From Lytechinus pictus (lineage: Eukaryota): a stretch of DNA of 64,000 nucleotides. The stretch lies in assembly GCF_037042905.1 (NCBI RefSeq), contig NC_087251.1, forward strand, positions 558,001 through 622,000, read 5' to 3'. Of this stretch, positions 50,670 to 64,000 are shown piece after piece (the first letter of the stretch is position 1; every line of letters starts with the position of its first letter). A model generated the notes under the pieces. That model searched no databases. It worked only from the letters and a program-made list of their open reading frames with translations, and was not told the origin of the DNA. Made by a program: the position numbers and the translations under genes.

Positions 50670-51352
50670 TTTAAGTAGCAACAGCAATTTTAGACTCCAT
50701 TTTTTAAGCTATCTTGGATTTTTGAACACACTGGACCACTGACTGTCCTTGCAATTTGTCCCAATGTCTTATTTGACCATTGACATCATTGTCTAGACAC
50801 CAAAATCATTATGTCCCAGGCGGATATAAAACGAACTATGTCCATTTTAATTATCAACAGCCATTCTAAACTCCCTTTTTGGAAGCCATCTTGGATTTTT
50901 GGACACACCAGACCACTGGCTGTCCTTGTAACTTGTTCCATTGTACTACTTCACCCATAAAACCATTGAATAAAAACCAAAATTAAAGCCACTTAGATGA
51001 ATTGTGGATTTTCAGTCTACGGCATCCATTTTGGGCGCCATTTTGGATTTTGCAGGTACACTGGAGGGCATATAATTCACTCTAGCCTGTATCAACAATG
51101 TTTGTACCCCCTAGACCATGAAATATGAACCGAAATAGGATCTAGGGTGGATAAAGTTTCAGTTGTATCCATATTTAGTGATGGCAGCCATCTTGGACGC
51201 CATCTTGAAAATAACCACTTTCCCGGATGCGGATTTTGGTAGATTTTTAATATGTTGTTCCAGAGGTAAAATAGTACAAAACACCCTTGAAAAATCATTT
51301 GTTGCAATTTGTTCCGGGTAAGGGTATTTTTGGTCGTATATTGACCCGTCTA

Positions 51353-53874
51353 TATTCGAGAAAGAAATGTGGCGTATAAAAAATGAAGAAAAATCTAAGC
51401 GATGAGGATTATGACACGCTTTCCAAAAGATACAAGAAATTAAGAAATATGGTTCAAAGAGAGGTGAAAAAGGCCAAATTAGAATACCTACAAAATAAAA
51501 TAGAAGAAAATAAAAATTATTCTAAAAGACTTTGGCAGAATCTAAAAAGTTTGGGATTAAAAAAGAAAAATGGAAAGGACCAAGAATTAGTCGTTTCAAT
51601 TGACGGAAAATTATGTCATGATAAGATATTTCCTATGAATTCAATTCCTATTTCAAATGTCGCAGCTACGTTGGTAGATAAACTTCCATCTTGCAAAGAC
51701 ATTTTCAGTGCAGACAGTGAGAACATTCGTGAATTTTATGAAAAAAAAGGTATAAGCCAAGATAAATTTGAATTATTACCCGTTAGTGATCAATTCATTT
51801 TTAATGAGTTGCGTAAATTAAATGTATCAAAAAGCACTGGGTTAGATTTGATCCCTGCTAAATTTCTAAAAGAAGGAGCAAAGAATTTGTACAAACCATT
51901 AAATTTCTTGATAAATCTATCTATCTTTACTAGCACTTTCCCAGAGGATATGAAAATTGCCAAAGTAACTCCTATTCATAAGAAGAAAGATAAAACTGCT
52001 GTTGAAAACTATAGACCTACCAGTGTTTTAAGCATAGTATCCAAAATTCTAGAAAAGGCGGTATGTGTTTAGATCGAAAAATATTTTAAAGAAAATGATA
52101 TGATTTACGAATATCAGTCTGGTTTTCGACATGACTATTCGACTGAGACATGCCTTATTCACTTGACTGATTATCTGAGAACTAATACTTCTAAGGGACA
52201 ATTCGTTGGGATGGTACTCCTAGATCTTCAAAAAGCATTTGATACAGTTAATCATGGCATCTTATTGAAAAAATTGCAAATAATGGGTTTTAACCAGGCT
52301 ACTGTAGCATGGTTCGAATCCTACTTGTCGAATCGACATCAAGTAGTGGCTATTCGCGATATTCGTTCCAAAATTATGCCTATAACGTGTGGAGTTCCAC
52401 AGGGAAGTATTTTAGGCCCAATTCTATTTTCAACTCATATCAATGACATGTCTATTTGTATAAAAGCTGACTGTAAATTATTATTGTATGCAGATGATAG
52501 CGTACTACTTTGTTCAAATTCCAACCCAAAATTTGTTGAGGAAACACTTAGCGAACAGCTGTCTACATGTGTCGATTGGATGACTGATAATAGATTACAC
52601 TTAGGCAAAACCGAGAGCATTGTGTTTTGTTCTAAAAGTAATTATAAAACTTCATTTGAATTTGAAGTATCATACAATAATAAGACAATTCAGAGGAAAG
52701 AATCTGTAAAGTATTTAGGCATTGAGTTGACTAGCTCCCTTTCATTTTCATCTTTAGTAGAATCAATCGTGAACAAGGCGAATGCCTGTTTGAAATTTCT
52801 GTACAGGTATCAAAGTTGTATGGATCAAAAAGCAAGGCGTATTCTCTGTTTTGCTCTTATATAGAGTTTATTTGACTATGCTAACCCTGCTTGGTTTAGT
52901 GGAATAAGCGAACTCGATAAAAAGAAGTTGAAAATGAAACAGAATAAAATGGTTAGACCCATTAACTGTTCTGGTCCCAGAACCCATGTTGGCTACACCG
53001 AACTCTCTGGAGCAGGTTTTCTTGAAGTCAACAAAAGATCAAAACAGCTTATTTTGCACCACGTGCATAAAATCTATCACAATAGATCGAATCATTACAT
53101 TGGATCAAACTTTAATCTAGTTACCGAATTACATAACTATACAAGAAACAGCCATTTCAACTTTTGCTTACCAGAAAGGGTAGGTATAGTATTGGTAACT
53201 CCTTTTATTACAATGCTATAAAACATTGGAATTCCCTTCCCAATGATATAAAGGAAATAGGAAACTTTTCGCATTTTAAGAGGAAATTGAAAGAATATCT
53301 TTCACTTGAGAGTCAAAGAGAAGATGCAAATGTATGTTATACGGTTGATTTAGCATGAATACAGACCACGTTCTTTTCTCTTCTCTACCAGGAATTATTA
53401 TTTAGTTTACATAGTTTGATTGAAGCTTCGATATTTCCTTTCTTCTATTCTTTCTATTTCTTTTATCTCTTCCTTCTATTCTCCTCTTCGTGTTGTTATT
53501 GTTGTCGCCGTTTTTGCCGTTGTTCTTCTTCTTATTTTTCTTCCTCCTCCTTTTCTTCCGTCTCCTTCTCCTTCTTCTCCCCTTTCTTCTATTCCTCCTC
53601 CTTCTTTTCTTCTTCTTCTTCGTTATATTCTTGTATATATTATCTATATATCTTATTTATTGGTAATAGTAAATTCTGATTTTTTTTCTTCATTTTTTAA
53701 ATATGTAAATAGTATAATTTTACCATTTTATTATCTTAATTCTGTATGTCGAGGACCCCACTGGAAACAAGCTTTCGAGCTTTCGTGGGTCATCATGTGC
53801 AAGCCTGTTGTTTTAATGCTACTGTATTATAAATTATGTTATGGTGACTTGCCAAATAAAATCAATCAATCAAT
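51353..53874 (+). pseudogene. LINE (CR1/L2 group) reverse transcriptase and 3' UTR
   Basis: NYRPTSVL, QSGFR, LDLQKAFDTVNH, GVPQGSILGP, YADD and KYLG, broken by stops and frameshifts. 3' end AATAAA(ATCA)n at 53855-53874. Confidence 0.95.
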
Positions 53875-55858
53875 TCATTTTCTCCCCATTTTCGTGGAGA
53901 ATGGGGGGGGGGGGGGGGGGCAGCGGCGTAACAGGGGTCGGTGGCCAGGGGGGGCAAGAGCCAAAAATTTCCCGGTCTTATCATGGTATGAACTCACAGG
54001 CGTAATGGTGTAATGAGGCGACAATTTTGAGAAGGCCAGATATTGCGTATCTTATCTTTAAAAACAGTTGCGAGCGAGCGAAGCGAGCGAGCAAAAATTT
54101 GGACCTTTTTAATACAAAAATCCAATTTTGTGATAGATTTTGACACGATATCCAGAAAACAATATATTTCACTTTTCTCTCTTCAGATTCCTTTTTTTGT
54201 GGTCTGTACGATACGCCACTGTGAACAGGATTCTTTGTGGCATTAGCGTGAAGAGTAAAAAAAGAAGAAAAAAAAACAGGGGAGCAGTATAGCACATGTG
54301 CTAAAAAGCTGCTTTATATAAGCCCCGAGCGAGCGAAGCGAGCGAGAAAAAAAATCACCTTTTCATGAGAATCTAACCTTGAGCTATTTTTTGACATTAT
54401 ATTCAGTAAATAAAATCATATCCTACACTTTTCCTTTGCTTTTATGTCCTCCTTTTTTTAAATTCTTGTTTGTAGAACTTTTTGGGGCCATGGCCCAACC
54501 CTTCCATACGCAGTGCTGTGCGGTTGGGGTCCGGGCGGAACCCCCGAAACTTCTTGATATCAAAGCCATTTAAACCTCGCAGATTGCCGCTATTTTAATC
54601 AAATCGCGGTCATATACAGAATATAGCTTTTACACAACACATTTATTCAACCCGGTTGCATAATGAACCAAATATTTTTAAGGGGCAAAACATAGCAATG
54701 TGGGAAAATTTGTAAAAAAAGTCGCCAGCATGCAAAGCGAGCTGGAAAAAAATTGCCAATTGAAATTAAATTCTAATTAGGGCCTATGTGATAGCTTTTT
54801 CCATTATATTCAGCAAATAACGCATTTTATTGTTTCCATTCATTTACAATTTCCTACAATTTCTTTTATTTTCTCTTGGGTGTGGAACCAGACCCCCCCC
54901 CCCCCGCGCCTGTATGCCAGTGATTGATTGTGATTGAACGGGGGGCGTTATAGAGCCATTTGAAGGTTATGAATGAAGAGCCCCTACTGCGTGGGGTCTG
55001 GGGCAAAGCCCCGGTAGCTTATTTGCATAAAATTTAGCAAGCTTATAGCACAATGTTGTATGCAGTCATTTTTGTAATTTCATGTATTTTGTCTGAAAAT
55101 TGAATATTCTGGGCAATGTTTGTGAACCTGAACAAGATGCGTATGTTAATTTCTGCGAGCGCGAAGCGCGAGTAGAAATTTTTAATATGGGTTCTGGCTC
55201 ATCGGATCGAATAGGGATCTGTTAAGGACGATTAAATGATACATATTTCAACTTTTAGATAATGTGAGCGCGAGCGGAAAATATTCGATATTCCGGTATG
55301 AAAAGGCTGAATTTAAGCACTATCTAAAGCACTGTGTAGGAAAAGTGTGAAGTGTATGTGGATAGCATTTAATAAAGTGACATGAAATATATATTTTTTA
55401 ATCATTTTCCTAGTCTTCCCCTGACCTTATAGTTTATTCACTCGTCTCCCTCCTCTTATTTTACTTTTCTTTTTCCTCCTTTCTTTCCCCTTCTTTTTCT
55501 TTTTTTTTCTTTCTTTCCCCTTTTCCTTTTTTTTTGCTCCGCCAAAAGGGGTGGGGCCCCCGGGCCCCCTCCCCCTGGATCCGCCTATGGAAACAAGGGG
55601 AAAAAGACAAAGAAGATAAAAGAAAAGATGGACAAACTAATAAAGAAGAGGAAAAGGAAGTAAAATATAAAAATGGATGAAGGGATCGTAGAAGCTATCC
55701 TCTCAAATTAAAAAAAAAACTCTTGGCAAAATAAGTTACTTTTTGACTATTTGCCAACACCACACGCTAGAAGAAAAAGATAAGGCGCTTATTTTTTATT
55801 GCTCAAATAGTTATAATTTTTTTATAGAAGCCTAAATTATTTTATGAAAATGTTTTAA

Positions 55859-57277
55859 AGGGGAATCCAACCCAAATAAAAACTTGTTTTTGGAGGAAAA
55901 AGAAAAATCAGACAAGTTGATAAGTGAAAGTTTGAACAATATCGGACAAACAATGAGAAAATTATGATTTTTTAAAAGTTGTAAATATTGGTAATCACTA
56001 TATACCCATGGAGACTTCAAATTGGCCGCATATGTGATGTCATAGTGATGTAAGGCAAGGACTACTTTTCCATGTACTCCAATACATAAAATGACTAAAA
56101 TGACATTTTTCAAAAAAGTTTTACTTCAAATCATATTTTTCTTTCATGAGGACATACTGCCTGAGTTATAGTTGTCCTTGCCCCTTGTCATAATTTACTT
56201 ACCCAGTTGCCAATTTGAAATCTACATAGTACGTCTTAGGGATCTTAAACTGTCACCATTCTGTTTTATTAATTTTTGTCTCACCTGCATAGCAGAGTGA
56301 GACTATAGGCGCCGCTTTTCCGACGGCGACGGCGGCGGCGGCGGCGTCAACACCAAATCTTAACCTGAGGTTAAGTTTTTGAAATGACCGCATAACTTAG
56401 AAAGTATATGAACCTAGTTCATGAAACTTGGCCATAAGGTTAATCAAGTATTACTGAACATCCTGCCTGAGTTTCATGTCACATGACCAAGGTCAAAGGT
56501 CATTTAGGGTCAATGAACTTAGACCATGTTGGGGGAATCAACATCAAAATCTTAACCTAAGGTTAAGTTTTTGAAATGTCATCATAACTTAGAAAATATA
56601 TAGACCTAGTTCATGAAACTTATACATAAAGTTAATCAAGTATCACTGAACATCCTGCATGAGTTTCACGTCACATGACCAAGGTCAAAGGTCATTTAGG
56701 GTCAATGAACTTTGGCCGAATTGGGGGTATCTGTTGAATTACCATCATAACTTTGAAAGTTTATGGATCTGATTCATGAAACCTGGATATAATAGTAATC
56801 AAGTATTACTGAACATCCTGTGCAAGTTTCAGGTCACATGATCAAGGTCAAAGGTCATTTAGGGTCAATGAACTTTGGCCAAATTGGGGTATTTGTTGAA
56901 TTACAGCCATAAATTTGAAAGTGTGTTGGTCTAGTTCATAAAACTTGGACATAAGAGTAATCAAGTATCACTGAACATCCTGTGCGAGTTTCAGGTCACA
57001 TGATCAAGGTCAAAGGTCATGTAAGGTCAAAGAACTTTGGCCACGTTGGGGGTATTTGTTGAATTGCCATCATATCTCTATAAGTGTATTGGTCTAGTTC
57101 ATAAAACGTGGAAATAAGAGTAACCAAGTATCACTGAACATCTTGTGCGAGTTATAGTAGTTTTCAAAATCAGCACTGCTGCTATATTGAATCGCGTGAT
57201 GCAGGTGAGACGGCCAGAGGCATTCCACTTGTTCTCCTTTCCAATACAAAACTTTATGACCAAGGCTGGATTCCCCT
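55859..57277. mobile_element. Kolobok-like MITE interrupted by HINE-like copy 5
   Basis: TTAA|AGGGGAATCCA...TGGATTCCCCT|TTAA; homologous to 26490-27084. Confidence 0.85.
56276..57233 (-). mobile_element. Helentron/HINE-like repeat, copy 5
   Basis: Full structure, inserted into a T-rich site without a TSD. Confidence 0.8.
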
Positions 57278-57478
57278 TTAATATCTCATCAAATTGTGTA
57301 AATAAAGCTAGCCGGCGAAAAACTTGTTTAGGGGGTTATTTTGCACAAATTAATGAGAGAAAAAAAAACTCGTTTAGGGGGTGTTTGGAAATAATTTGAT
57401 CACACAATGTGTACAGCAATATACATCCCCGGGGGATAAACAACCATGCAATGTCTTTTCCTTCAAACAATATTTTAA

Positions 57479-58500
57479 AACAAGTGGAACGCCTCTGGCA
57501 GTCTCGCCTGCATTACGCGATTTAATATATCAGCAGTGCTAACTTTGAAAACTACTATAAAATAATCATTCACAAAAACACCATTCATATAATGACATAA
57601 TACCACATGCATTGACCATAAATGACATTTGAACAGTGACTTAAGACTTGTCAACTACACCCATGTCCACATTTCATTCACTCTATCCATAAACTTTCAA
57701 AGTTATGATGGCAATTCAACAATTACTCCAACATGGCCTCAGTTTATTGACCTTAACTGACCTTTGACCTTGGTTTTGTGACCTGAAACTCACAGGGGAT
57801 GTTCAGTGATACTTGATTACTCTTATATCCCAAGTTTTATGAACTAGATAAACCATAAACTTTCAGAGTTAGGATGGTAATTTAACAAATACCCCCAACA
57901 CGGCCAAAGTTCATTGACCTTAAATGACCATTGACCATGGTCATGTGACCTGAAACTCGCACAGGATATTCATTGGTACTTGATTAACCTTATGTCCAAG
58001 TTTCATGAACTAGATCCATAAATTTTCAAAGTTATGATGGTAATTCAACAAATACCCCCAACTTGGCCAAAGTACATTGACCCTAAATGACCTTTGACCT
58101 TGGTCATGTGACCTGAAACTCAGGCAGGATGTTCACTAATACTTGATTAACCTTATGTCTAAGTTTCATGAACTAGATCCATATACTTTCTAAGTTATGA
58201 TGTCATTTCAAAAACTTAACCTTCGGTTAAGATTTTGAAAATAATTCTCCCAACATGGTCTAAGTTCATTGACCCTAAATGACCTTTGACCTTGATCATG
58301 TGACCTGAAACTCAGGCAGGATGTTTAGTAATACTTGATCAACCTTATGTCCAAGTTTCATGAACTAGGTCTATATACTTTCTAAGTTATGATGTCATTT
58401 CAAAAACTTAACCTTAGGTTAAGATTTGATGTTGACGCCGCCGCCGTCGCCGCCGGAAAAGCGGCGCCTATAGTCTCGCTTTGCTATGCAGGCGAGACAA
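57479..58500 (+). mobile_element. Helentron/HINE-like repeat, copy 6
   Basis: 5' GTCTCGCCTGCA is the inverse of 3' TGCAGGCGAGAC; terminal hairpin GTCTCGC...GCGAGAC. Confidence 0.85.
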
Positions 58501-60234
58501 AAAACGGGACAGTTTTGAAAAGTCTATAAAAAAATTTGTTTCAAATTATGATATCTATTTTTTTATGTTAATAGATGCTCTGAAATCTTATCTTTGAAAT
58601 GTAAGTTAAAAAAATAAATTTTGATCATGATTGAGCGAACACGGGACGTTTTTGTCGGGGGTTCAAAAAGAGGCTTGCGCCAGAATGGCAGAATATGAGT
58701 AATATGATGATCAGACTTCTTGCTAATCAGCAGACTTCCTCTTAACCTTTTCATTATCTGTGCCATAATTTTCGAATTATGCTGTCAAATTTTATTTACA
58801 AATTCATTTATTTGCTTGAATCATTTTGTTATTTCATTTAAACGTCTTTTACCTTTGAATTTTCCTTCATAAGTAAGAAAAGAAGACTTTTTGTCATAAA
58901 AGCAAAAAGATTTGCATTATTAATTGGGAAAATTTGTAATTATTCAAATCCTTTTATTATGTGAAACAAATTATGTTACGGTACCTATAAAAGACATGAA
59001 TCCTATTTTCAAGGGGTTATTGGAATCCTTCAAGTTTAATTATGTGCTTGGCAGGACAAACAGGAAAGGAATCATATCTTTCAACGGCAATGGTGTAACC
59101 TATTGAGTCGATTTTGAAGGAGCAAGATAAGGCAGATCGGGTAAAATGTATTAAAAAGTTGTGAAGCGAGCAAGCAAAACATTTCCACTTTTTTAAATTA
59201 AAATATACAATTTTGTGATTGTGACATAATATTCAGAAAATTATATCATATTTCAGTTTCTATGTTTTCTGTGATTTTCCTTTTCACTTTTTTTGGGAAA
59301 ACTCATAGTTATTCAAATCCTTTTATTATGTGAAACAAATTATGTTATGGTACCTTTAAAAGACATGAATCAATTTTTCAAGGGGTTATTGATTTCTTGA
59401 CCAAGTTTAATTATATGCTTGACAGGACAAACAGGAAGGGATTCATGTCTTTCAACATGTTCAGTGGCAATGGTGTATTGAGTCAATTTTGAAGGAGCTA
59501 CATGCATGTAGATATGGCAGATCGGGTAAAATGTATTAAAAAGTGAGCGAGCGAAGTGAGCACGCATACGTTCCCACTTTTTTATTACGATATCAAATTT
59601 TGTGATAGATTTTGACATAATATTCAGAAAATAATATCATATTTTACTTTCTATCTTTCCTTTTATTTCCTTTCCACTTTATTTCTTGGTCATGATTTGT
59701 TTTTAATTGAGGGGGGAGCATCCCCGAGCCCCCCATCTGTATGGCACTGTTCAAAAGGCACCATAAACTTTGTAGCACACAATGAAAGGATTTTAAAAAA
59801 TTACACCACTCTCCCATACTCTGTTTAAAAAAAAAAAAATTTGCTTGAAGAAGGAATATTCAAAGCTAAAAGAGAACATATTAAAAATAAACAACAGAAC
59901 AATTCAAGCAAATAAATAGATTTGAAAATGAATTTTGACCGCATAATTTGAAAATTATGGCCAAGATAACGAAAAGGTTAAGAGGAAGTCTTCTGATTAG
60001 GAAGAAGTCCGACCATCACATTTATCATTTTATGCCATTTTGGCGCAAGCCTCCTTTTTAACCCAGACAAAAACATTCCGTGTTCGCTCAAGCATGAACG
60101 AAACTAAATATTTTTAATGGCATTTGAAAGATAAGAGTTCAGAGCACCTATTAACACCAAAATATAGACATCATAATTTGAAACAAAAATTTTATAGACT
60201 TTTCAAATCTGTCCCGTTTTTTTTATACGCACTG
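58501..60234. mobile_element. Tc1/mariner-type MITE with ~330-bp TIRs; extreme left terminus missing
   Basis: AAAACGGGACAG..TTGAAAAGTCTATAAAAA mirrors 60190-60220. The right end is ATACGCACTG|TA. Internal direct duplication about 58945-59260 versus 59308-59660. Confidence 0.7.
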
Positions 60235-60299
60235 TAGAGTCCTACAAGTGTGACACCACTTCCCTTTTTCCTAAGTTTTACTCTTCTTGCCCTTTTTAG

Positions 60300-62815
60300 T
60301 AGAGCGGATAAGCTCCAAAAATCACAACAATTGTGCAAATTTTGACTAAAGCATGAAACTTTCACAAGTATTAGTATATGCCGTAAGATTTATTTTAAAG
60401 ATGGGAGGTAAATTTATAAATGCCATCTTCGGCCGTTGCCATGGCAACGTACTAATTTCTCCAAAATAACATACATTCCCATGTAAATGGTAAATAAACA
60501 TGATATACAGTGTGTATAAAAAAAAAGTTTACACTTAGAAAAAATCCTGTAAAATTATACATTTGTAATATCCTGAAGATTTTTCCATATTTTAACATTG
60601 GTACAGATCCATTTAAGCAAATGACGAAATAACTGTCGAAAAATATTTCCGCTTGAGTGAGCACCACTTTTGAAAAGTTAGTGAAAATGATTTGCGCAGA
60701 ATTTTGAAATAGTTATGCGAATAATAGTAAACCTTAATCATGAAGAACACGTTGAATTTAGCTAGTAAAATTGATTTGAAGATATCTTTTACCTTTTTAA
60801 CTTGTTTCCTTGCCCAAAACACTTTGAAGAGTGCATTGCGCCCCACCCCACTCCCCCACACACCGAGGTTATCGTGACGATATTTGCTTTACACTGAGCT
60901 GTGATTTACATGAAATGGCTTAGGCTTGATTTTCATTTTGTTATTCATTGTCAAGCTTGGAAAGGGTGTGGAGAAACAAGTATTAAATAAAAAATGAAAT
61001 GTAAACCCACTTTAAATGATAAAAACTTAGTCAAAAAATGCTAGATGTGTCTGATATAAACTTTTGTTCAGATTTAGTTATGTCCTCAGATCCAGCTGGC
61101 ACAAAAAGGGTAAAGGTTGTGCTTACTAAGTGTTGTAATTTCAAATTGGGTGGCAAAATTATTACAAAATGCTTGAATGTATCTGTTTTATTTCAATTGA
61201 CTAAAAGTGCAAGGGAAATGTTTGAGAAATGTTTCGCAGGGTTAATTTTATTTCGCCCTTTCCCCTTGACACAGCGTGAAAACGAGCATTTCTGCGCAAA
61301 CAGATTTCTGCGAGCTTTACAAAAATGGACAGTGCTCACTCAAGTGTAACATTTTGTCAAAACTTTTACTTTCATTGGATAGATGAGACCCAAACCTAAG
61401 ATTATATGTGAAAGAATTACCCACATGTTGTATACTTTTTAATTTCCAGGGCTTTTTCAAAGTGTAAACTTTTTTTTGATACGCACTGTAGATGACCGAA
61501 ATGATAATTTTTCAGGCTCCCAATTGAATACATATGAAATTTAGAAATATTCAAGATCACCAAGATAGTTCCAATTGGTCCTTTACCATGGCAACGGCTT
61601 GTTTTTCCCCAGAAAATGCTAAATGTATAAATTACATCTCAAGCCATTACCATGGCAACCAAATAACATCTAATTTACAAAATTAACATGGTTGACAAGA
61701 CAATGGACAGGTGGAAAATACAATTGGAATTGACTTAATCTGTATGCTTAAGTTTTGACCCCCTCATTTGAACAAAAAATACAGAAAGTGTTCTGCAGGA
61801 GTTCTTTATAAAGATTAGAATTATGTTGCCTTGGTAATGCTTGAATTAAATTTAAAAAAACAATGTGGCAAAGGGCCCGTTGCCATGGCAACAGCTTATT
61901 TCCCTCTAGAAAGGTAAAAATATTGATAAAAATGTAGAATACATATAATCATCATTCCATTTTCAATAATTTTAAGGTACTAATCGAGATATGTTTGTGA
62001 CTAAATTTATAAATACAACATCTTAAGCCATTGCCATGGCAACCAGATAACATCTAATTAAAAAAAACATGGATGACAAGGTTATGGACAGGTGAAAAAT
62101 ACAATGAAAACTAACTTAATGTACATGCATAAGGTTTGACCTACTCAATTAATTTAGGGGAAATAATATACAGTGAGTGTTCTGCATGAAATAATTAGAA
62201 TGATACAGATTGATGTTGCCTTGGTAATACTTGAATTCAACGATAAATATCAATGTTGCAAATGACCTGTTGCCTTAGCAATGGCTCAAGAAAAGTACCA
62301 GTTTTGATTAGAAAAAGGACTAGAATCTGATTTTTCTTTCATTTCCCTTAATTTCAGGGTAAGAATGGATATGTTTGCTGTTAACATACAAATAACATCT
62401 AAAGCCATTGTCATGGCAACCAAATAACATCTAATTTGAAAAAATAACATGGTTGACATGATAATGGATCTAGGTGGAAAATGCAATCTATAACAATTAA
62501 CTCAAGGTTTGACCCAGTCAATTAATTTTGAACAAAGATTACAGTTTCGCATTAGTTCATTAGAATGATAAAATTTGAGGTTGCCTTGGTAATGCTTGAA
62601 TTTAATGATAAATATCAATGTTGCATATGGCCCGTTGCCATGGCAACGACTCCTTTTTACCCCAAGAAAAGTACAAAATTTGATCGAAAAACAGTTTATA
62701 ATCTGCATTTTGTCATAAATTTCCCCTAATTTTAGGATGCAAAGCATTGTTTGCTGTTGATATACAAATAACTTAAGCCATTGCCATGACAACCAAATAA
62801 CATCTAATTTCATTG
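60300..62815. repeat. Degenerate ~350-bp tandem units carrying the palindrome GTTGCCATGGCAAC
   Basis: The motif or close variants recur near 60435, 61585, 61650, 61879, 62030, 62410, 62634 and 62780. Interrupted by the 60508-61488 MITE. Confidence 0.65.
60508..61488. mobile_element. Tc1/mariner-type MITE
   Basis: TA|CAGTGTGTATAAAAAAAAAGTTTACACTT...AAGTGTAAACTTTTTTTTGATACGCACTG|TA. Confidence 0.85.
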
Positions 62816-64000
62816 GCTTAATTTGGTTTCTATGCAATGGTTTTAAGGTTGAAGTAGTACATTGGGACTAGTTACAAGGACATCCAGTGGTCTGATGTGT
62901 CCAAAACCCTAAGACGGCTTCCAAAAATGGAGTTTGAAATGGCTGTTGATATAAATGGACATAGCTCATTTCATATCCGTCTGCGATATATGATTTTGGT
63001 GTTTACACCATGGTTTCAATGGTCAAGTAATACACTATGACAAGTTACACGGACAGTCAGTTGTCCAGTATATAAAGAAAAAATCCAAGATGGCTTCCAA
63101 AATGGAGTCTAAAATTGCTGTTGCTGCATTAAAAAAATGTAGTTTGTTTATTATCCTGGAATATGTTTATGCCATGGCTAAATGGGTCAAATAATACATT
63201 AGGACAAGTTACAAGGACAGTCAGTGGTCAAGTATGTCCAAAATCCAAGGTGGCTTCCAAAAATGGAATATAAAATAGCCCCTGTTACTCACAAATGGAT
63301 TTCGTGTAATATCTGCCAAGGGCATATTATTTTGATATCTAAACCATGGTTTAAAAGTCAGTAAATACGTCATGTACATTAATTGGAACAAGTTACAAGG
63401 ACAGCTATAACAATTGGAGTCTGTTACTTAAAAATTGACATAGTTCATTTAAAATCCACCAAGGAAAAATTATTTTGGTGTTCACACTTTGGTTTCAAGG
63501 TTTAAAAAATACGTTTAGACTGGTTACAATGATATCCAGTGGTCCATTTTGCCTAAAAATCCAAGAGGGTTTTCAAAATGGCATCGAGAATGACTTCTAT
63601 CACTCAAAAATTATCAGAGTTCATACAACATCCACCTGTGAGAAACAATTTTGGTGTCTACACTGTGGTATGAAGGGACCACTATTACATTAAGACAAGT
63701 AACAAGGATGGTTAGTTTTCAATTTTGTCCAAAATCCAAGGTAGATTCTAAAATTACATCTAAAATTTCATCAAAATGGGTGCTGTTACCAACTCTTATC
63801 TGCTTGCATTTTTAATGAAGGCACCAAAATTATTTCTCACAAGTGGATATTATATCCACTTCAAAGTAACAGTTGTCATTTTAGAACCCATTTATGGATG
63901 CCATCTTGGATTTTCAGGCAAAATGGACAACTATATATCATTGTAACCAGTCCCAAAGTATCATTTGATCCTTGAAACCCTAGTGTAGACACCAAAATAA

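Larger units (their letters stand above)
46179..51352. mobile_element. Long fold-back element with TAG...CTA ends (Academ-like) and ~120-bp tandem units in opposite orientation in each half
   Basis: TAGACGG(A/G)TCAATATA and CCGGAACAAATTGCAACAAATGATTTT are mirrored. AAAATCCAAGATGGCTTCC units flip orientation near 48320. A related segment lies at 62820-64000. Confidence 0.75.

Noticed and set aside
53416..54013. 197-aa and 87-aa hydrophobic ORFs
   Set aside because: Low-complexity CT-rich LINE 3' UTR.

Overview
AT-rich, intron-containing animal genomic DNA. The repeat families suggest a marine invertebrate, probably a sea urchin or other echinoderm (inference). Most of the window is nested transposable-element debris. 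The only host gene I can support is SRP9 on the minus strand: three coding exons (42126-42197, 34657-34725, 31745-31834) give a complete 76-aa protein that the ORF track misses. Other coding remnants are a frameshifted Tc1 transposase (3414-5135), a CR1/L2-group LINE (SGNH-esterase ORF1; PHD/endonuclease/RT ORF2; 42880-53874) split by two DNA transposons, and an internally deleted Harbinger. The most notable observations are four. (1) A 179-bp chimeric SINE-like insertion with a 7SL/Alu-domain-like head, B box, Deu-like body, (CA)n tail and 6-bp TSD lies inside SRP9 intron 1; its empty site is visible in the opposite arm of the MITE that hosts it. (2) A 7.7-kb fold-back palindrome (14595-22280) has TATGG/CCATA ends and a 6-bp TSD (IS3EU-like), internal second termini, mirrored SAM-like first exons facing inward, and insertions in one arm only. 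(3) Two minimal type I hammerhead ribozyme motifs of Penelope type are present. (4) Six Helentron/HINE-like repeats carry perfect nuclear-receptor DR1 arrays. All family assignments come from reading motifs by eye; no database searches were run.
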